A stretch of 64,000 bases of DNA from Tubulanus polymorphus (Eukaryota; Animalia; Nemertea), in assembly GCF_964204645.1 (NCBI RefSeq), contig NC_134032.1, forward strand, positions 5,108,175 to 5,172,174. Direction: 5' to 3'. The position numbers and the translations under genes were made by a program. Every line of letters begins with the position of its first letter. The first letter of the stretch is position 1. The notes beneath the pieces are model-generated. The model was not told the origin of the DNA, did not search any database, and worked only from the letters and a program-made list of their open reading frames with translations. Below are positions 33,515 to 44,392 of the stretch, piece by piece.

Positions 33515-33593
33515 TGAATATCTAGAATCCGAAATGACTTATCTGGACAATTTAATTGCTCCTCATAGATAGACAAAAGTAGTGAGATATTCA
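33515..33593. ncRNA. Candidate structured non-coding element (homolog of 10997-11094)
   Basis: Same core; different but complementary outer stem TGAATATCT/AGATATTCA. Confidence 0.45.
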
Positions 33594-33636
33594 ATTAATT
33601 AAAAAAAATTATTTTTTTTGCTTTTTTTCTAAAATA

Positions 33637-33978
33637 TTAATCCATTTTTTTTATTGTTAATTTTGGAATTTCAGAAGTATTTTCATTTTTAATAGCAGTT
33701 GTTTCAGAATTACTAATATCATGAATTTTATTTGATTTCTTATACCAATTACACCCAATCAAAATGAATACAATTACAAATCCAACTGTAAAATATAAAT
33801 ATTTATCAAATATTCTACTATCAGAAGGAGTAGAAATAACAATATTTTCACCATTTTTATTACTTATTTTTTCTTTTACAGCTTTTTTATATTCTTGTGA
33901 TTTAATTCCTAATTGCCGAGACCATTCAATTTGTTTCTGAGTTCTCGGTTTTTTCTTCACTTCTTTCACCTCGCTCAT
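33637..33978 (-). CDS. Small basic membrane protein (homolog of 11902-12276)
   Basis: KKPRTQKQIEWSRQLG plus one TM helix. Confidence 0.7.
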   Translation of the reverse strand: MSEVKEVKKKPRTQKQIEWSRQLGIKSQEYKKAVKEKISNKNGENIVISTPSDSRIFDKYLYFTVGFVIVFILIGCNWYKKSNKIHDISNSETTAIKNENTSEIPKLTIKKMD

Positions 33979-34516
33979 TTATTATAGAAATATTTTTACT
34001 TTCAATATTTGAAAATGTTATAACTCCAGTTGATAATAATGTCATAAATCCACCTAATTGAAATGATAAATATCCAATCCATTTATTTAATTCAGTCATA
34101 ACTAAATAATCATTTTTTAAATCGGAATATAATCTATTTTCATCTTCAATTGGTAGTATATAATTACATAATTTACTATAACCTTTTACTACATTTTCTG
34201 ATATCGCGTCATTAATTCTAGCTGTTCTCGCGGCTTCATAAATCTTAAATAATCTAATAATTTCATCTGATTTCATTGTGTCTAATTCATTATAAGTTAA
34301 ATTTTTACTAACAAAATTTTTACATTTTCCAGATGCTATTAATATTTCTAATTGATGTTTACAATAAAGATAATATTCATAATTAATATTTGTTGTAACA
34401 TTATTTAAAGCACCATCATCTGGAGTTAATTTTGTTTCTGTTATTCCTAAATCATCTAAAGTTTTTTCAATTGGAACATCACCATTTTTAGATTTTATTT
34501 TCTTTTCACCTACCAT
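33926..34516 (-). CDS. Conserved hypothetical protein (homolog of 11307-11909)
   Basis: Clear similarity to the B copy. Confidence 0.75.
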   Translation of the reverse strand: MVGEKKIKSKNGDVPIEKTLDDLGITETKLTPDDGALNNVTTNINYEYYLYCKHQLEILIASGKCKNFVSKNLTYNELDTMKSDEIIRLFKIYEAARTARINDAISENVVKGYSKLCNYILPIEDENRLYSDLKNDYLVMTELNKWIGYLSFQLGGFMTLLSTGVITFSNIESKNISIINERGERSEEKTENSETN

Positions 34517-34550
34517 TTATATAACAAAAAAATTAATTGTGTGATGTTGC

Positions 34551-34800
34551 AACTAGAATTTAACTAGAATGTAACTAGAATTCAACTAGATTAACAAGCT
34601 AGTTGAAATATTAATGTTTTTGTTTATTTCTTGTTAAATCTAGTTGATTTTTGTTTCAACTACTAACAACTAGAATTCAACTAGAATGTAACTAGAATTA
34701 AACTAGATTAACAAGCTAGTTAAAATATTGTTAAATCTATTTGATTTTTGTTACAACTACCAATAACTAGAATTCAACTAGATTAACAAACTAATTGAAT
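34551..34800. repeat. Degenerate AACTAGAAT tandem repeats
   Basis: Iterated AACTAG units in about three blocks. Confidence 0.75.
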
Positions 34801-35409
34801 TTAAATAAATTCATATTTAAATGGGTGTTGTAATCTAAATAGTAATTTTGATCTTTTAATATTTTTCAACTTATCCATATATTCATTACGTAAATCATGT
34901 GGAATAATATCATTTTCCTCAAGTGCATTTTTCATCGATTTTCTATCTTTATTGTAGAATAAAACTAGAAATCTAATGTTTTCTCTAAAGTCTTTAACAA
35001 TTGAATTATATTTTTGATTTAAAACCCAAGTTGTTATCCCAAAATGTCTGCCAGAAAAAGCCAAATAACATAACTCACTTTCTCTAACTTTTGAATCATG
35101 TAGATTAGCACAATCATCTATGATAAATAATGTATTTGATCCTTTATAAATATCAATTGCTATTTTTATACAATTATCTAAATTTTCTTTTACTGTTTTA
35201 GGATCTAATATAATAAATTTATTATTCCTAGTAATATTTTTATCATAAGTTTGATTAAATTCATATGTTGGACAAAATAATACTATATTATCAAAATAGT
35301 TTTCATAAACAGTTTCTAATAAATGTAATATAAAATAAGTTTTTCCACAATTTGTTACACCAGAAATTAACATATTATGAGGCTCAAATATAAATAATTC
35401 CTTATTCAT
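34801..35409 (-). CDS. Packaging ATPase, element C
   Basis: GVTNCGKT, FIIDD, SGRHFGI. Confidence 0.92.
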   Translation of the reverse strand: MNKELFIFEPHNMLISGVTNCGKTYFILHLLETVYENYFDNIVLFCPTYEFNQTYDKNITRNNKFIILDPKTVKENLDNCIKIAIDIYKGSNTLFIIDDCANLHDSKVRESELCYLAFSGRHFGITTWVLNQKYNSIVKDFRENIRFLVLFYNKDRKSMKNALEENDIIPHDLRNEYMDKLKNIKRSKLLFRLQHPFKYEFI

Positions 35410-36536
35410 TTATATATTTTTAATTTTACTTGATAATATCCATTCATTGAATTTATCTGGCCATCCAACCCATTTTACTAAAGAATATTTTTTTCTTTTA
35501 ACAGTTTTTGTTTTTAGTACTTTTTCAATTTTATATTCTTGTTCTAGATTTTCAGTAGTTAAACTTAATTCTTCTTCATAAAAATATCCATCAACTTCTT
35601 CATCATCTAAATCTTCTAATTTATAGACATATGGTTTTGTTGTTATTACCTTTTTTATTTTATATATTTCTCTAGTAAAATTTCGATCGTATCCTTTGTC
35701 AAATATCTTTTTATACTTAGAAATTCTAACATTTTGACCAACTTTAAATTTAGGTTAACCAAAATCATCTACAAGAAATGCTCCATATAAATTATTCCAA
35801 ACAATTTCAGCATTTTCAGGTTTTCTAGCATCAATAGGTTTCATTCCAATAGAAGAATGATAAGAATTATTATATCCTTCTATCAATTTTGGTAAAACAT
35901 CAATCCATTTAAAAGTATTATTTGCCGTAAAATATTTCCACATTCTTGTTCTTAATGTTCTATTAAATCGTTCAACAACTGCTGCTTTTTTATCTGATTT
36001 TGTTGAAAATTATTTAATATTATGATTATCTAAGAGTTCATGAACAAGTGAATTATCAAACTCTTTTCCATCATCAAATTGTATTTTTTCTGGTTTTAGT
36101 TTATCATCCGAAAGAAATTTTCTTAAAACATTTGATGTTTGTACAGCATCTTTTCTATAAAGTGGGAAACTCCATACATAACGACTAAAAATATCAATTA
36201 TATTCAATAACCACCAATAATCATCATTATCTTTCTTAACATTTTTCATATCAATTAAATCTCCTTGCCACTGTTGATCTACATAACTTACCATAGTTTT
36301 ACGAGTTTTATATTTTCTAACAATTTTTTTATGTGTTGTATACGTTGGTTGTTCTAACATAAATTCATTTAATCTTTATATTTAACTAAATTTTGTGGGA
36401 TTATCTTATCTAATTTATCTTGTTTTACTTTACGCCATATATTTTTAGTAGAAGAATAAGCAACCGAACTCTCAGGGTTGTAATATAAATTTCTTAAATA
36501 TTGTTCTTTAGTATTAGGAGTTTTTTTACCACTCAT
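35410..36536 (-). pseudogene. Integrase with chromodomain, element C (frameshift ~36370, stops at 36010 and 35755)
   Basis: QGDLID / QFDDGKEF / VERFNRTL; C-terminal LVKWVGWPDKFNEW. Confidence 0.9.
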
Positions 36537-36566
36537 TTATATATCCTTAATTTTAACTTTATATTT

Positions 36567-37814
36567 CTAATATTGAATACTATCTAATTGTGAATTTACA
36601 ATATTTAATTGCGCGTCAGATATAATATAAATGTGCATTTTAAAATTTTTGATTCCTTTATTCTTTTTCATGAATAATTGTATTCCATCTTTAGTGTTCT
36701 GTAGTTTTTTTCCAGAACCATGTAATGAATTATCTTCAGTTGTTCTAAAATCTACCCATAATGCATATTTATTACCGGTATAATAATCAATTTGATTAAT
36801 ATTACAATTTTCAAATGATTTTACTTTTTCATTCATAGAATGTTTTCTAATTTCAGGCCATTGATCAATCATTCTCATTCCTTGACAAAATATTTTATTT
36901 GCTATTCCTTCGATAGTTATTTCTACTTTTGTTATTTCAGGATTATAATAATTGTCAACATTTATTGCGCCATTAGTATACGTTCCAATGGTAAAAAATA
37001 TTAATATACCTTTAATAGATCTTCTAGGAAAGTTAATATTCTCATTAATTATTTCATCATTTGCATTAATAGTTACAGTTTTAAATTTATCAATATAATC
37101 ATATAATAATAAAAATCCTTGATTGTATTGAGTTTGAATTGTGCTAGCAATATTTTCATTAGTTACTGTGTTATATTCTAAACATATATTCGATAATTTA
37201 TAACTCATATCTTTAACAACGCTAGATAATACAATTTCATTTACAGGAGCAAATGTTATCTCAAATATAATATCTTCTTGAATTGCGTATTTATATAAAG
37301 GTGCATTATTATTTATCAATTCAAAGTCTAATGGAATTTTATATTTGCTTCCATAAATCTTTTTAATCAAATCATCTACATCATTTGTTAATATTGCGTT
37401 ATTAGCTTCTGATCTTAATTTATTTTGGTTTTCTGATTGAATTCCTTGAAATATCATATTATTTCTATTTTCTTTAGTTAACCATAAATATTTATAATGC
37501 ATAAATAAATTATAATCATCTAATGAGAAAACTGTTTCTGGTCCAATCTTTATTGTTAACTTTTTAATCAAATATCTTCCAACATTATCAACGACATAAT
37601 TATTATTATTACCGATTACTTTTATATCGGCTGATAAATAAATACTGTTTGGAACATAAAAAGTATTTTGTGTTAATCGAGGGATTCTAACGTATAAAGT
37701 TTCATCGGGATTAATATTTGAAGGGTTATGAGTAATTATATGATGTGATCTTTCTGCTTTAATAGCATTAGATATTCTAGAAATCTTAGAAGGACTTATA
37801 TAACTCCCACTCAT
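36567..37814 (-). CDS. Major capsid protein, element C
   Basis: Near-identical to the B MCP. Confidence 0.8.
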   Translation of the reverse strand: MSGSYISPSKISRISNAIKAERSHHIITHNPSNINPDETLYVRIPRLTQNTFYVPNSIYLSADIKVIGNNNNYVVDNVGRYLIKKLTIKIGPETVFSLDDYNLFMHYKYLWLTKENRNNMIFQGIQSENQNKLRSEANNAILTNDVDDLIKKIYGSKYKIPLDFELINNNAPLYKYAIQEDIIFEITFAPVNEIVLSSVVKDMSYKLSNICLEYNTVTNENIASTIQTQYNQGFLLLYDYIDKFKTVTINANDEIINENINFPRRSIKGILIFFTIGTYTNGAINVDNYYNPEITKVEITIEGIANKIFCQGMRMIDQWPEIRKHSMNEKVKSFENCNINQIDYYTGNKYALWVDFRTTEDNSLHGSGKKLQNTKDGIQLFMKKNKGIKNFKMHIYIISDAQLNIVNSQLDSIQY

Positions 37815-37838
37815 TTATTAAACAAAAAAATTAATTAT

Positions 37839-39383
37839 TTATTTTTTGATATTTTTTGATATCATATTAACTAAACCAAAAATAATAGCACTTACAACTG
37901 TAATTAAAAATAAAATAATATGTTCAGCAGCAAAGTTAATAATGTTTCCTGCAGATTTCAATATAAAACCAACAATTGAAGCAATAACTCCTGGTAAAGC
38001 TGCAGCAGATTTTTTAGATAGTTCCCATAAATATTTTGCTAATTTCTTTAAACCATCTTTAACTTTATCTTGTATAGAATTATTGCCTGGGGGTTTATCT
38101 GGTTTATTGGGAGTAGGAGTAGATTTTAAAGCATTTGATATTGCTAAACCAATTGTTGTAAATAACATAGTAACAGCTGTTAGAATTGAAAGAATTGTTA
38201 TTCCTTCTAATTTAAATAATAACTTTATCCTATCTTTTAATGATATTTCAGAATTTGGTTTAATCAACAAATCTTTAAAAATAACTTTTAATATATTAAT
38301 ATTATAATCATATGATTTTAACAATAATTTAATTTCTTCTTTCTGTACTTCTAAATTATCTTTTAAATTACTAATTTCTTTTTCTAAACGTAATTCTTTT
38401 TGCCTATATTCTATTTCATCAATTACTTGATGATCTAAATCAGACTTTAATTGTTCTATTTCTTTATTTTTATCAGTTAATTCTTTTTCCAAATACGTAA
38501 TTTTTTGATCTCTTATACTTTTATTATGCGCAATTTTATCAGATGCAAGTCTTATACTAATAATTTCTCTAATTGCTTTGTCAGAAAATATATCTAAATC
38601 TTCTAATTCTTGATCTGTTGCATCAAGTAACCCATTCTGTAAAAGTTTTTCAATTGGAACTTTATTTGATTTAAGTTTACTAGTTTTGGAAGTTTTATTC
38701 AGTAAGTTATCTAAACGTTTTTCTAATTGTGATTGACTTAAATCATTATCAATTTTTTGAGTGTCTCTTCTCGATGTTTCGGGTGTTGAAGATCTTAATT
38801 TATCTCTATTCTCTTCCATTTCTGTTTCTGATTTCTTTTTGATTATTTCAAATAATTCATTAATTCTTTGTTTAAATACATCTATATTATCATCTATTTC
38901 TTTTTGTGTAACATCAGTTATTTCATTACTATTACTTATTATTTTAATTCTATCTGGTTTTAATTTTTCTAAAGTTGATTCTGATAATATTTTATTTTTA
39001 TTATTTTTATAAGTGATATCAATATAATAATCACCTTTCAAACGATAATAACATTTACCATTATCTAAAAATTTTAATTGATCTGCTAAAAGTCCAACGT
39101 CTTCATCATTTATGTTAAAATTAGATTTTTCAATTAAATCTTCTAATTTAGGTATTTTGTTTAAATTATCTAAATCTTGTTTTACTAAATCTGGGTCTAA
39201 ATTTTCAGGATTTAATTGTGATTCAGCATTTTTAATATAATCAGGTGTAGTTAAATTAGAATTATATGCTGGTTCATTACCATCATTAAAACTTGTTTCA
39301 TCAAAATCAGGTGGTTGTTCATCAGTTATGTTAGGTTCATCAAAAGGATCCATTCCAATATCTTCTACACCTTCTACATCCAT
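37839..39383 (-). CDS. Coiled-coil/C-terminal hydrophobic protein (homolog of 16443-18131)
   Basis: Near-identical C-terminus, divergent N-terminal half. Confidence 0.7.
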   Translation of the reverse strand: MDVEGVEDIGMDPFDEPNITDEQPPDFDETSFNDGNEPAYNSNLTTPDYIKNAESQLNPENLDPDLVKQDLDNLNKIPKLEDLIEKSNFNINDEDVGLLADQLKFLDNGKCYYRLKGDYYIDITYKNNKNKILSESTLEKLKPDRIKIISNSNEITDVTQKEIDDNIDVFKQRINELFEIIKKKSETEMEENRDKLRSSTPETSRRDTQKIDNDLSQSQLEKRLDNLLNKTSKTSKLKSNKVPIEKLLQNGLLDATDQELEDLDIFSDKAIREIISIRLASDKIAHNKSIRDQKITYLEKELTDKNKEIEQLKSDLDHQVIDEIEYRQKELRLEKEISNLKDNLEVQKEEIKLLLKSYDYNINILKVIFKDLLIKPNSEISLKDRIKLLFKLEGITILSILTAVTMLFTTIGLAISNALKSTPTPNKPDKPPGNNSIQDKVKDGLKKLAKYLWELSKKSAAALPGVIASIVGFILKSAGNIINFAAEHIILFLITVVSAIIFGLVNMISKNIKK

Positions 39384-39399
39384 TTATATAATAAAAAAA

Positions 39400-40722
39400 T
39401 TAAAATTTAAAATATAATATTCCTCCGATTACAATTCCTATACAAGTTATAGCTAATTTAGTATTTTCATGGGATTTATTATCATCATTTAGTTTAATTA
39501 CATCATGTTGAATATCGCCGTGTGGGTGCCATATGGCACCATTTTCTGATGTATTGTAATCTTTTATTTTAGAATCATTATTTAATTTAATATTCTTAGT
39601 TTTAGTTTCTGTTGATTGAATATGTTTTTTATTTTTTTCACCTTCCATTAATTTTGGAGCAGTAATAATCTTTTTATTTATATCATTTAATCCAATTGAA
39701 TTATTTATTGTTGCAGTTTTAATTAGATTATTATAACCAATTATATTTCCCATCTTTAATACTAAATCATTAGAAATAATAAATAGATTAGGGCCTATAC
39801 AATAATTTAATCTAATATGTGATTTATCTAAATAATTTTGATATCTTACAATGTTTTCTGGAATCGATCTATTTTTATCATTATGAATGGAATCTTCAAA
39901 TAATACTTTGAATTGTTTCTGCGCATCAAATGAAGTACTATTATTTCCAACTATTGGTGATCTTGTTTCAACTTGTGCACCTAAAATACATATCAAATAA
40001 GTTCTAATTGATTGATTTATTCTTTGTATACCGGGTTTTGTAAATCCTTCACTATAAGATTCAATAAAATAAACCCAACCATTATTATTATTAATTTTAT
40101 AATTATGATAAGCTCCAATTCTATGCATATAATCAATTCTTTTTATTTCATACTGTTCACCAACACCTTGCAATTTACCATGCGCTCTAAAATCGAAATT
40201 AATATTTATATTAAATTCATTACATATTTTATAAAACTTAGATAGATTAATATTATTATCCAATTCTTTAAAATATTTTGATCCAGGTAAAGGGCATTCT
40301 AATTCATTTAATATAATTCTAATTTGAAAGTATACATGAAATCTAAATATTGTATGAATGAATTTTAAATCAGAATATTTCAAATTTTTATCTAAGTTAT
40401 TCAAGTGATCATACCAACTTACACCACAACCAGCTGTTGCACAATGAACAGCAAAATTTAATTGATTCTGCCAATATTTCATATTAGATTTTACTTTATA
40501 TATATTATATTCATCTCGAGTAAAAGTAACTTCATATGTATTAAATATATTTTCCATTTTAGATATAAAATAGTTTGTTTCAGTAACATAAATTTCTAAA
40601 TTAATCAATGAAGGTAAAACTAAATTTTTATATATTATCATGTTACTAAAATCTATTGCTGGAGTATTATATTTATAATATTCATGTGATTTATTATATT
40701 GGAAAGCTTTTGGAAACCCCAT
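39400..40722 (-). CDS. Conserved Polinton protein (WQNQLNFAV.CAT.GCG motif) with C-terminal TM
   Basis: Intact 440-aa ORF, homolog of B 18148-19448. Confidence 0.75.
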   Translation of the reverse strand: MGFPKAFQYNKSHEYYKYNTPAIDFSNMIIYKNLVLPSLINLEIYVTETNYFISKMENIFNTYEVTFTRDEYNIYKVKSNMKYWQNQLNFAVHCATAGCGVSWYDHLNNLDKNLKYSDLKFIHTIFRFHVYFQIRIILNELECPLPGSKYFKELDNNINLSKFYKICNEFNININFDFRAHGKLQGVGEQYEIKRIDYMHRIGAYHNYKINNNNGWVYFIESYSEGFTKPGIQRINQSIRTYLICILGAQVETRSPIVGNNSTSFDAQKQFKVLFEDSIHNDKNRSIPENIVRYQNYLDKSHIRLNYCIGPNLFIISNDLVLKMGNIIGYNNLIKTATINNSIGLNDINKKIITAPKLMEGEKNKKHIQSTETKTKNIKLNNDSKIKDYNTSENGAIWHPHGDIQHDVIKLNDDNKSHENTKLAITCIGIVIGGILYFKF

Positions 40723-40738
40723 TTATATAATAAAAAAA

Positions 40739-41173
40739 TTAATAATTTATTAATTCTTTTAATAATTTATCTTGTTCTTCAACTGTTATATGACCATTTA
40801 AACTTATTATATAATCTAGTGTGTTCTTTAATTTATTAATTTCTTTTATATTAGTTTTGATTTTTTCTTTATTACTTTTTATATTTAATTTTGAACTTAT
40901 ACCAGTTAAAACACTTGATCTTAATCCTAACACACCAATTGATATAGCTAAAGGTGTTAATGGACTGAATATTGCTAAAAATGTTATTACAGAACTAATT
41001 GTAACCGAACCACTTATAATCAAATAATATATAATTTTACTTTTTAAATATTTTTTCTTTTTTATCTTTAAGTCACTTTCAAATTCTAATATTTGTTTTT
41101 CTAAATATGTTTTTAATTTAGTTTTATTTATATCATGAGGAATAATATCAATACTATCAACTTTATCTTCCAT
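40739..41173 (-). CDS. Two-TM hypothetical protein
   Basis: Homolog of 19478-19900. Confidence 0.7.
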   Translation of the reverse strand: MEDKVDSIDIIPHDINKTKLKTYLEKQILEFESDLKIKKKKYLKSKIIYYLIISGSVTISSVITFLAIFSPLTPLAISIGVLGLRSSVLTGISSKLNIKSNKEKIKTNIKEINKLKNTLDYIISLNGHITVEEQDKLLKELINY

Positions 41174-41193
41174 TTATTTAGCAAAAAAAATTA

Positions 41194-41616
41194 CTAATTA
41201 GTAAACTTATAAGCAACAAATATAACAATAACAGTTCCACCTAAAATCCAAATTATTTCATATTTCTGTTGTTCTTTACTTGGGGTATAATAATCTGATA
41301 ATTTAGGTTTGTATAGATGTAATTTTTCTTTATTGGTTACCGCGTTATATAAACTCATTGCATCATCAACTGATTGAAAATCTCTATGTGAAATCTTCTG
41401 ATCATATAATTCTTTGTTAATATAATCCATATAGTTTTGTCTCTTTTCTCTATATTCTTCTGCAGCTTTATTGTATTTCTCTAACGCTAAGTTATGTCTT
41501 TTTTGTTCTGTTAATGAACCATTTTTATCAATATTTTTAAATAAATATCCACCACCAGTAAATGCTAAAGCGTTAACAATTGCCGATCCTATAATAGTTA
41601 TAATTGCAGAAGCCAT
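41194..41616 (-). CDS. Conserved Polinton protein (NALAFTGG...EQKRHNLALEK) with terminal hydrophobic helices
   Basis: Intact ORF with TAAATG start; deleted in B. Confidence 0.7.
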   Translation of the reverse strand: MASAIITIIGSAIVNALAFTGGGYLFKNIDKNGSLTEQKRHNLALEKYNKAAEEYREKRQNYMDYINKELYDQKISHRDFQSVDDAMSLYNAVTNKEKLHLYKPKLSDYYTPSKEQQKYEIIWILGGTVIVIFVAYKFTN

Positions 41617-41640
41617 TTATTTAGCAAAAAAATTATACAT

Positions 41641-41862
41641 TTATATGGGAGGAATATATTTTTGTTTTTCCAAATAATCAATAGTTAAATTAGATAAAGT
41701 AACTGCTAATGTTAACTTTAAAATATCATTTAAATCAAATCTATCAACATTAACACTACCCATTTTGAATACTTTTTTTAATACCATTGAATAACCAACC
41801 GTTCCAACTGATAGTAATGCGCCATTATATAATCCAGTTATTATCCACTTATTATCACTCAT
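41641..41862 (-). CDS. Small hydrophobic conserved protein
   Basis: Homolog of 20058-20279. Confidence 0.7.
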   Translation of the reverse strand: MSDNKWIITGLYNGALLSVGTVGYSMVLKKVFKMGSVNVDRFDLNDILKLTLAVTLSNLTIDYLEKQKYIPPI

Positions 41863-42219
41863 TTATTTATCAAAAAAATTACTATCATCAAAATATTTAG
41901 TTAACTTAGTGATGATTAATTCAACATTTATTTTATTACTAGTTTCATTTGTATATATTTCAATTATTATTTTCTTAATATCATCGATGATAAAATCTTC
42001 ATCTAATTCATAAAATCTTAAAGATTCTCTAATTAAATTAGTAATCTTTTCTACATTTAAAGTTTCTTTATCTATTGTTGTTTCATACTCAAATGTTGTT
42101 TCATTAGAAAATACAACATTTTTGATATGTGTTATTACATCATTAATGTTAAATTTCATTTCTTTACCATGTTTAAAATCAAATCCAAAACATATACTCG
42201 GTCCAACAGTTATATTCAT
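41863..42219 (-). CDS. Hypothetical protein
   Basis: Homolog of 20280-20633. Confidence 0.7.
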   Translation of the reverse strand: MNITVGPSICFGFDFKHGKEMKFNINDVITHIKNVVFSNETTFEYETTIDKETLNVEKITNLIRESLRFYELDEDFIIDDIKKIIIEIYTNETSNKINVELIITKLTKYFDDSNFFDK

Positions 42220-42235
42220 TTATATAATGAAAAAA

Positions 42236-43033
42236 TTACTCTCTACATCTTATAACTAATTCATATATCACAGGAAAGTTATTTAAATCAATTAAGTATC
42301 CATTATGATTTCTAATTTCTAATCTAAAATTATTAAAATGAGGAATGCAAGGTTTAAAATCACATTCAGCTAAATTAAAATTTATTTGCGTTCCAAATTG
42401 TTTAACATTTTTTAATGGTAAAATATTTAGTATACTAGAATTACATGTTGTATCTTTAGTTGCTTCGAATGTTTTTGTAGGATCGATTAAATTGCAATAA
42501 ATATAAAAGTGTGTAAAAGGTATTATATTTGAGTTACCGTGTTTGTTTCCACCAAATTGATTTGGAGTAATTCCTAATAGTTTAGCTATAGGTTTTTTTG
42601 CTGTGTAAGTATGTCTTCTTGTCATCAATGGATTAGATTTATCAAGTTTAATAAGTTCATCATCAAGCTTTATTTTAATTTTATTAGAGCTCTCACTTTT
42701 TATGAATTTAATATTAAATTTAGAATTACCATTACCTAATCTAATCCGAGCTTTTCTATTAATTTCTTGCTCTAATGTTTCTAAATCATATAATCCTGGT
42801 GTAAGCATAAGTTGAATCCATTTTTTTTCAAGTTTATCAAAAATAAGAAGGCTTCTATGTTCATCAGTTTTATCCGATATATTATAAAAAGAATTACATA
42901 AACTTATATTTACTAATTTTAAATCTACACAATTCTTAAATTCTCTATCTAATTGTACTAATAAATTATGAGATTTATAATTTATAAGTTTTCTAGAATC
43001 AACAAATATTCTGTATTCTTTTAATTCTACCAT
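42236..43033 (-). CDS. Putative minor capsid protein, element C
   Basis: Homolog of 20650-21405 with a divergent central segment. Confidence 0.65.
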   Translation of the reverse strand: MVELKEYRIFVDSRKLINYKSHNLLVQLDREFKNCVDLKLVNISLCNSFYNISDKTDEHRSLLIFDKLEKKWIQLMLTPGLYDLETLEQEINRKARIRLGNGNSKFNIKFIKSESSNKIKIKLDDELIKLDKSNPLMTRRHTYTAKKPIAKLLGITPNQFGGNKHGNSNIIPFTHFYIYCNLIDPTKTFEATKDTTCNSSILNILPLKNVKQFGTQINFNLAECDFKPCIPHFNNFRLEIRNHNGYLIDLNNFPVIYELVIRCRE

Positions 43034-43090
43034 TATTTATAACATAAAAAAATTACACTCATCACCACAAGTAATTTTTTTCCCTAATAA

Positions 43091-44392
43091 ATGGACGAGA
43101 AGATACCATGTGAAATTTGTGGTGAACTTCTAAGAAAAAGTAATATGGCTCGACATATGAAAAAACATAATGAAAATTATAAACCCCCTAAACTAAAATG
43201 CCCAAAATGTAATAAATTATTCTCAAGAAATTATGTTAAAAAACATTCAGAGAAGTGTAGAATTAATGGCGCAACGGCTAATATTGATAATAATTCTGTT
43301 GAAGTTGAACCTGAAATTATTTGGAAAAGACCTTCCTTATTCTATGATAAGGATAAAATAAAAGATCATTTCTGTGAGCCTTGTCGAATAAGATTTTGTC
43401 CTGATAATAAAGAAGATTGGGAAAATCATCAATTTCGTAAAGCACATATAGATAAAATTTCTAATAAATTTGAAACTGAATTCAATGAAAGAAAAAATAA
43501 TTTATTAGAAAAAATAAAATATGAGAAAACGTTACCAGATAATGAAGAAACAGTTGAAAAGTTAGAAAAACAATATAATGAATTAACAAGAAAAACATAT
43601 TATTGTAAATATTGTAAATTGATTATTACAACAAGTAATTCAAATCTACATAATAGAACAATAAAACATAAAGAAAACGTAAGAAAATACCAAGAGCTTA
43701 ATGAAGATCTATTACCAATAAATTATAAACGAAAATGTCCACAATGTAGTTATGCGACCTTAAGACAAGAAGGTACTGTGTTATTTTGTGTTGATTGTGG
43801 ATGGCAAAAGAATTTATGGGATGAAGAAAAAACTAGAAATTTTCTTATAGATCCAAAATTAAATTATCTTGATGAAATTTTTAAAATATTTTCTATAGAA
43901 GATCATACACCAGAATATATGCAATGGCTTGAAAAAATGAAAATAATAGAAAATAAAAATGGTGAAATAACTAAAAAAGATATTATAAAAACAATTATTC
44001 CACCAACATTTAACACAAAACAAAAGAAAATGTATTTATATTTATTATTTAACGATTATTATGAAAAACCTAAATTAACAGAAGAAGATATGAAAAATAT
44101 AAAAAAAATATTCAAACAAATATTAATGTATCATTTGGAAAATAGAATAACAGATTCAATAAATTATGAATTCTTTTTAAATAAGATTGTAAATTATTTA
44201 AACCTAGATATTATAATTCCATTTGATGAATTAACAAACAAAAAGAAACAAAGAGAGCGAGATGAAATGTGGAACAAGATAGAACTTTATTTAAATGAGA
44301 AAAATGGAATAGAAGAAGAACCTAAACAATTAAATGAAAATGAAGAAGACAATAGTGATTTCGAGTTTGATGATATTGATTTTATGTTTTAA
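43091..44392 (+). CDS. Multi-C2H2 zinc-finger protein fused to a VLTF3 (poxvirus A2)-like late transcription factor domain
   Basis: Four C2H2-type fingers, a CPQC...CVDCG ribbon, then SINYEFFLNKI...KKKQRERDEMWNKI resembling the VLTF3 C-terminal motif. Confidence 0.65.
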   Translation: MDEKIPCEICGELLRKSNMARHMKKHNENYKPPKLKCPKCNKLFSRNYVKKHSEKCRINGATANIDNNSVEVEPEIIWKRPSLFYDKDKIKDHFCEPCRIRFCPDNKEDWENHQFRKAHIDKISNKFETEFNERKNNLLEKIKYEKTLPDNEETVEKLEKQYNELTRKTYYCKYCKLIITTSNSNLHNRTIKHKENVRKYQELNEDLLPINYKRKCPQCSYATLRQEGTVLFCVDCGWQKNLWDEEKTRNFLIDPKLNYLDEIFKIFSIEDHTPEYMQWLEKMKIIENKNGEITKKDIIKTIIPPTFNTKQKKMYLYLLFNDYYEKPKLTEEDMKNIKKIFKQILMYHLENRITDSINYEFFLNKIVNYLNLDIIIPFDELTNKKKQRERDEMWNKIELYLNEKNGIEEEPKQLNENEEDNSDFEFDDIDFMF

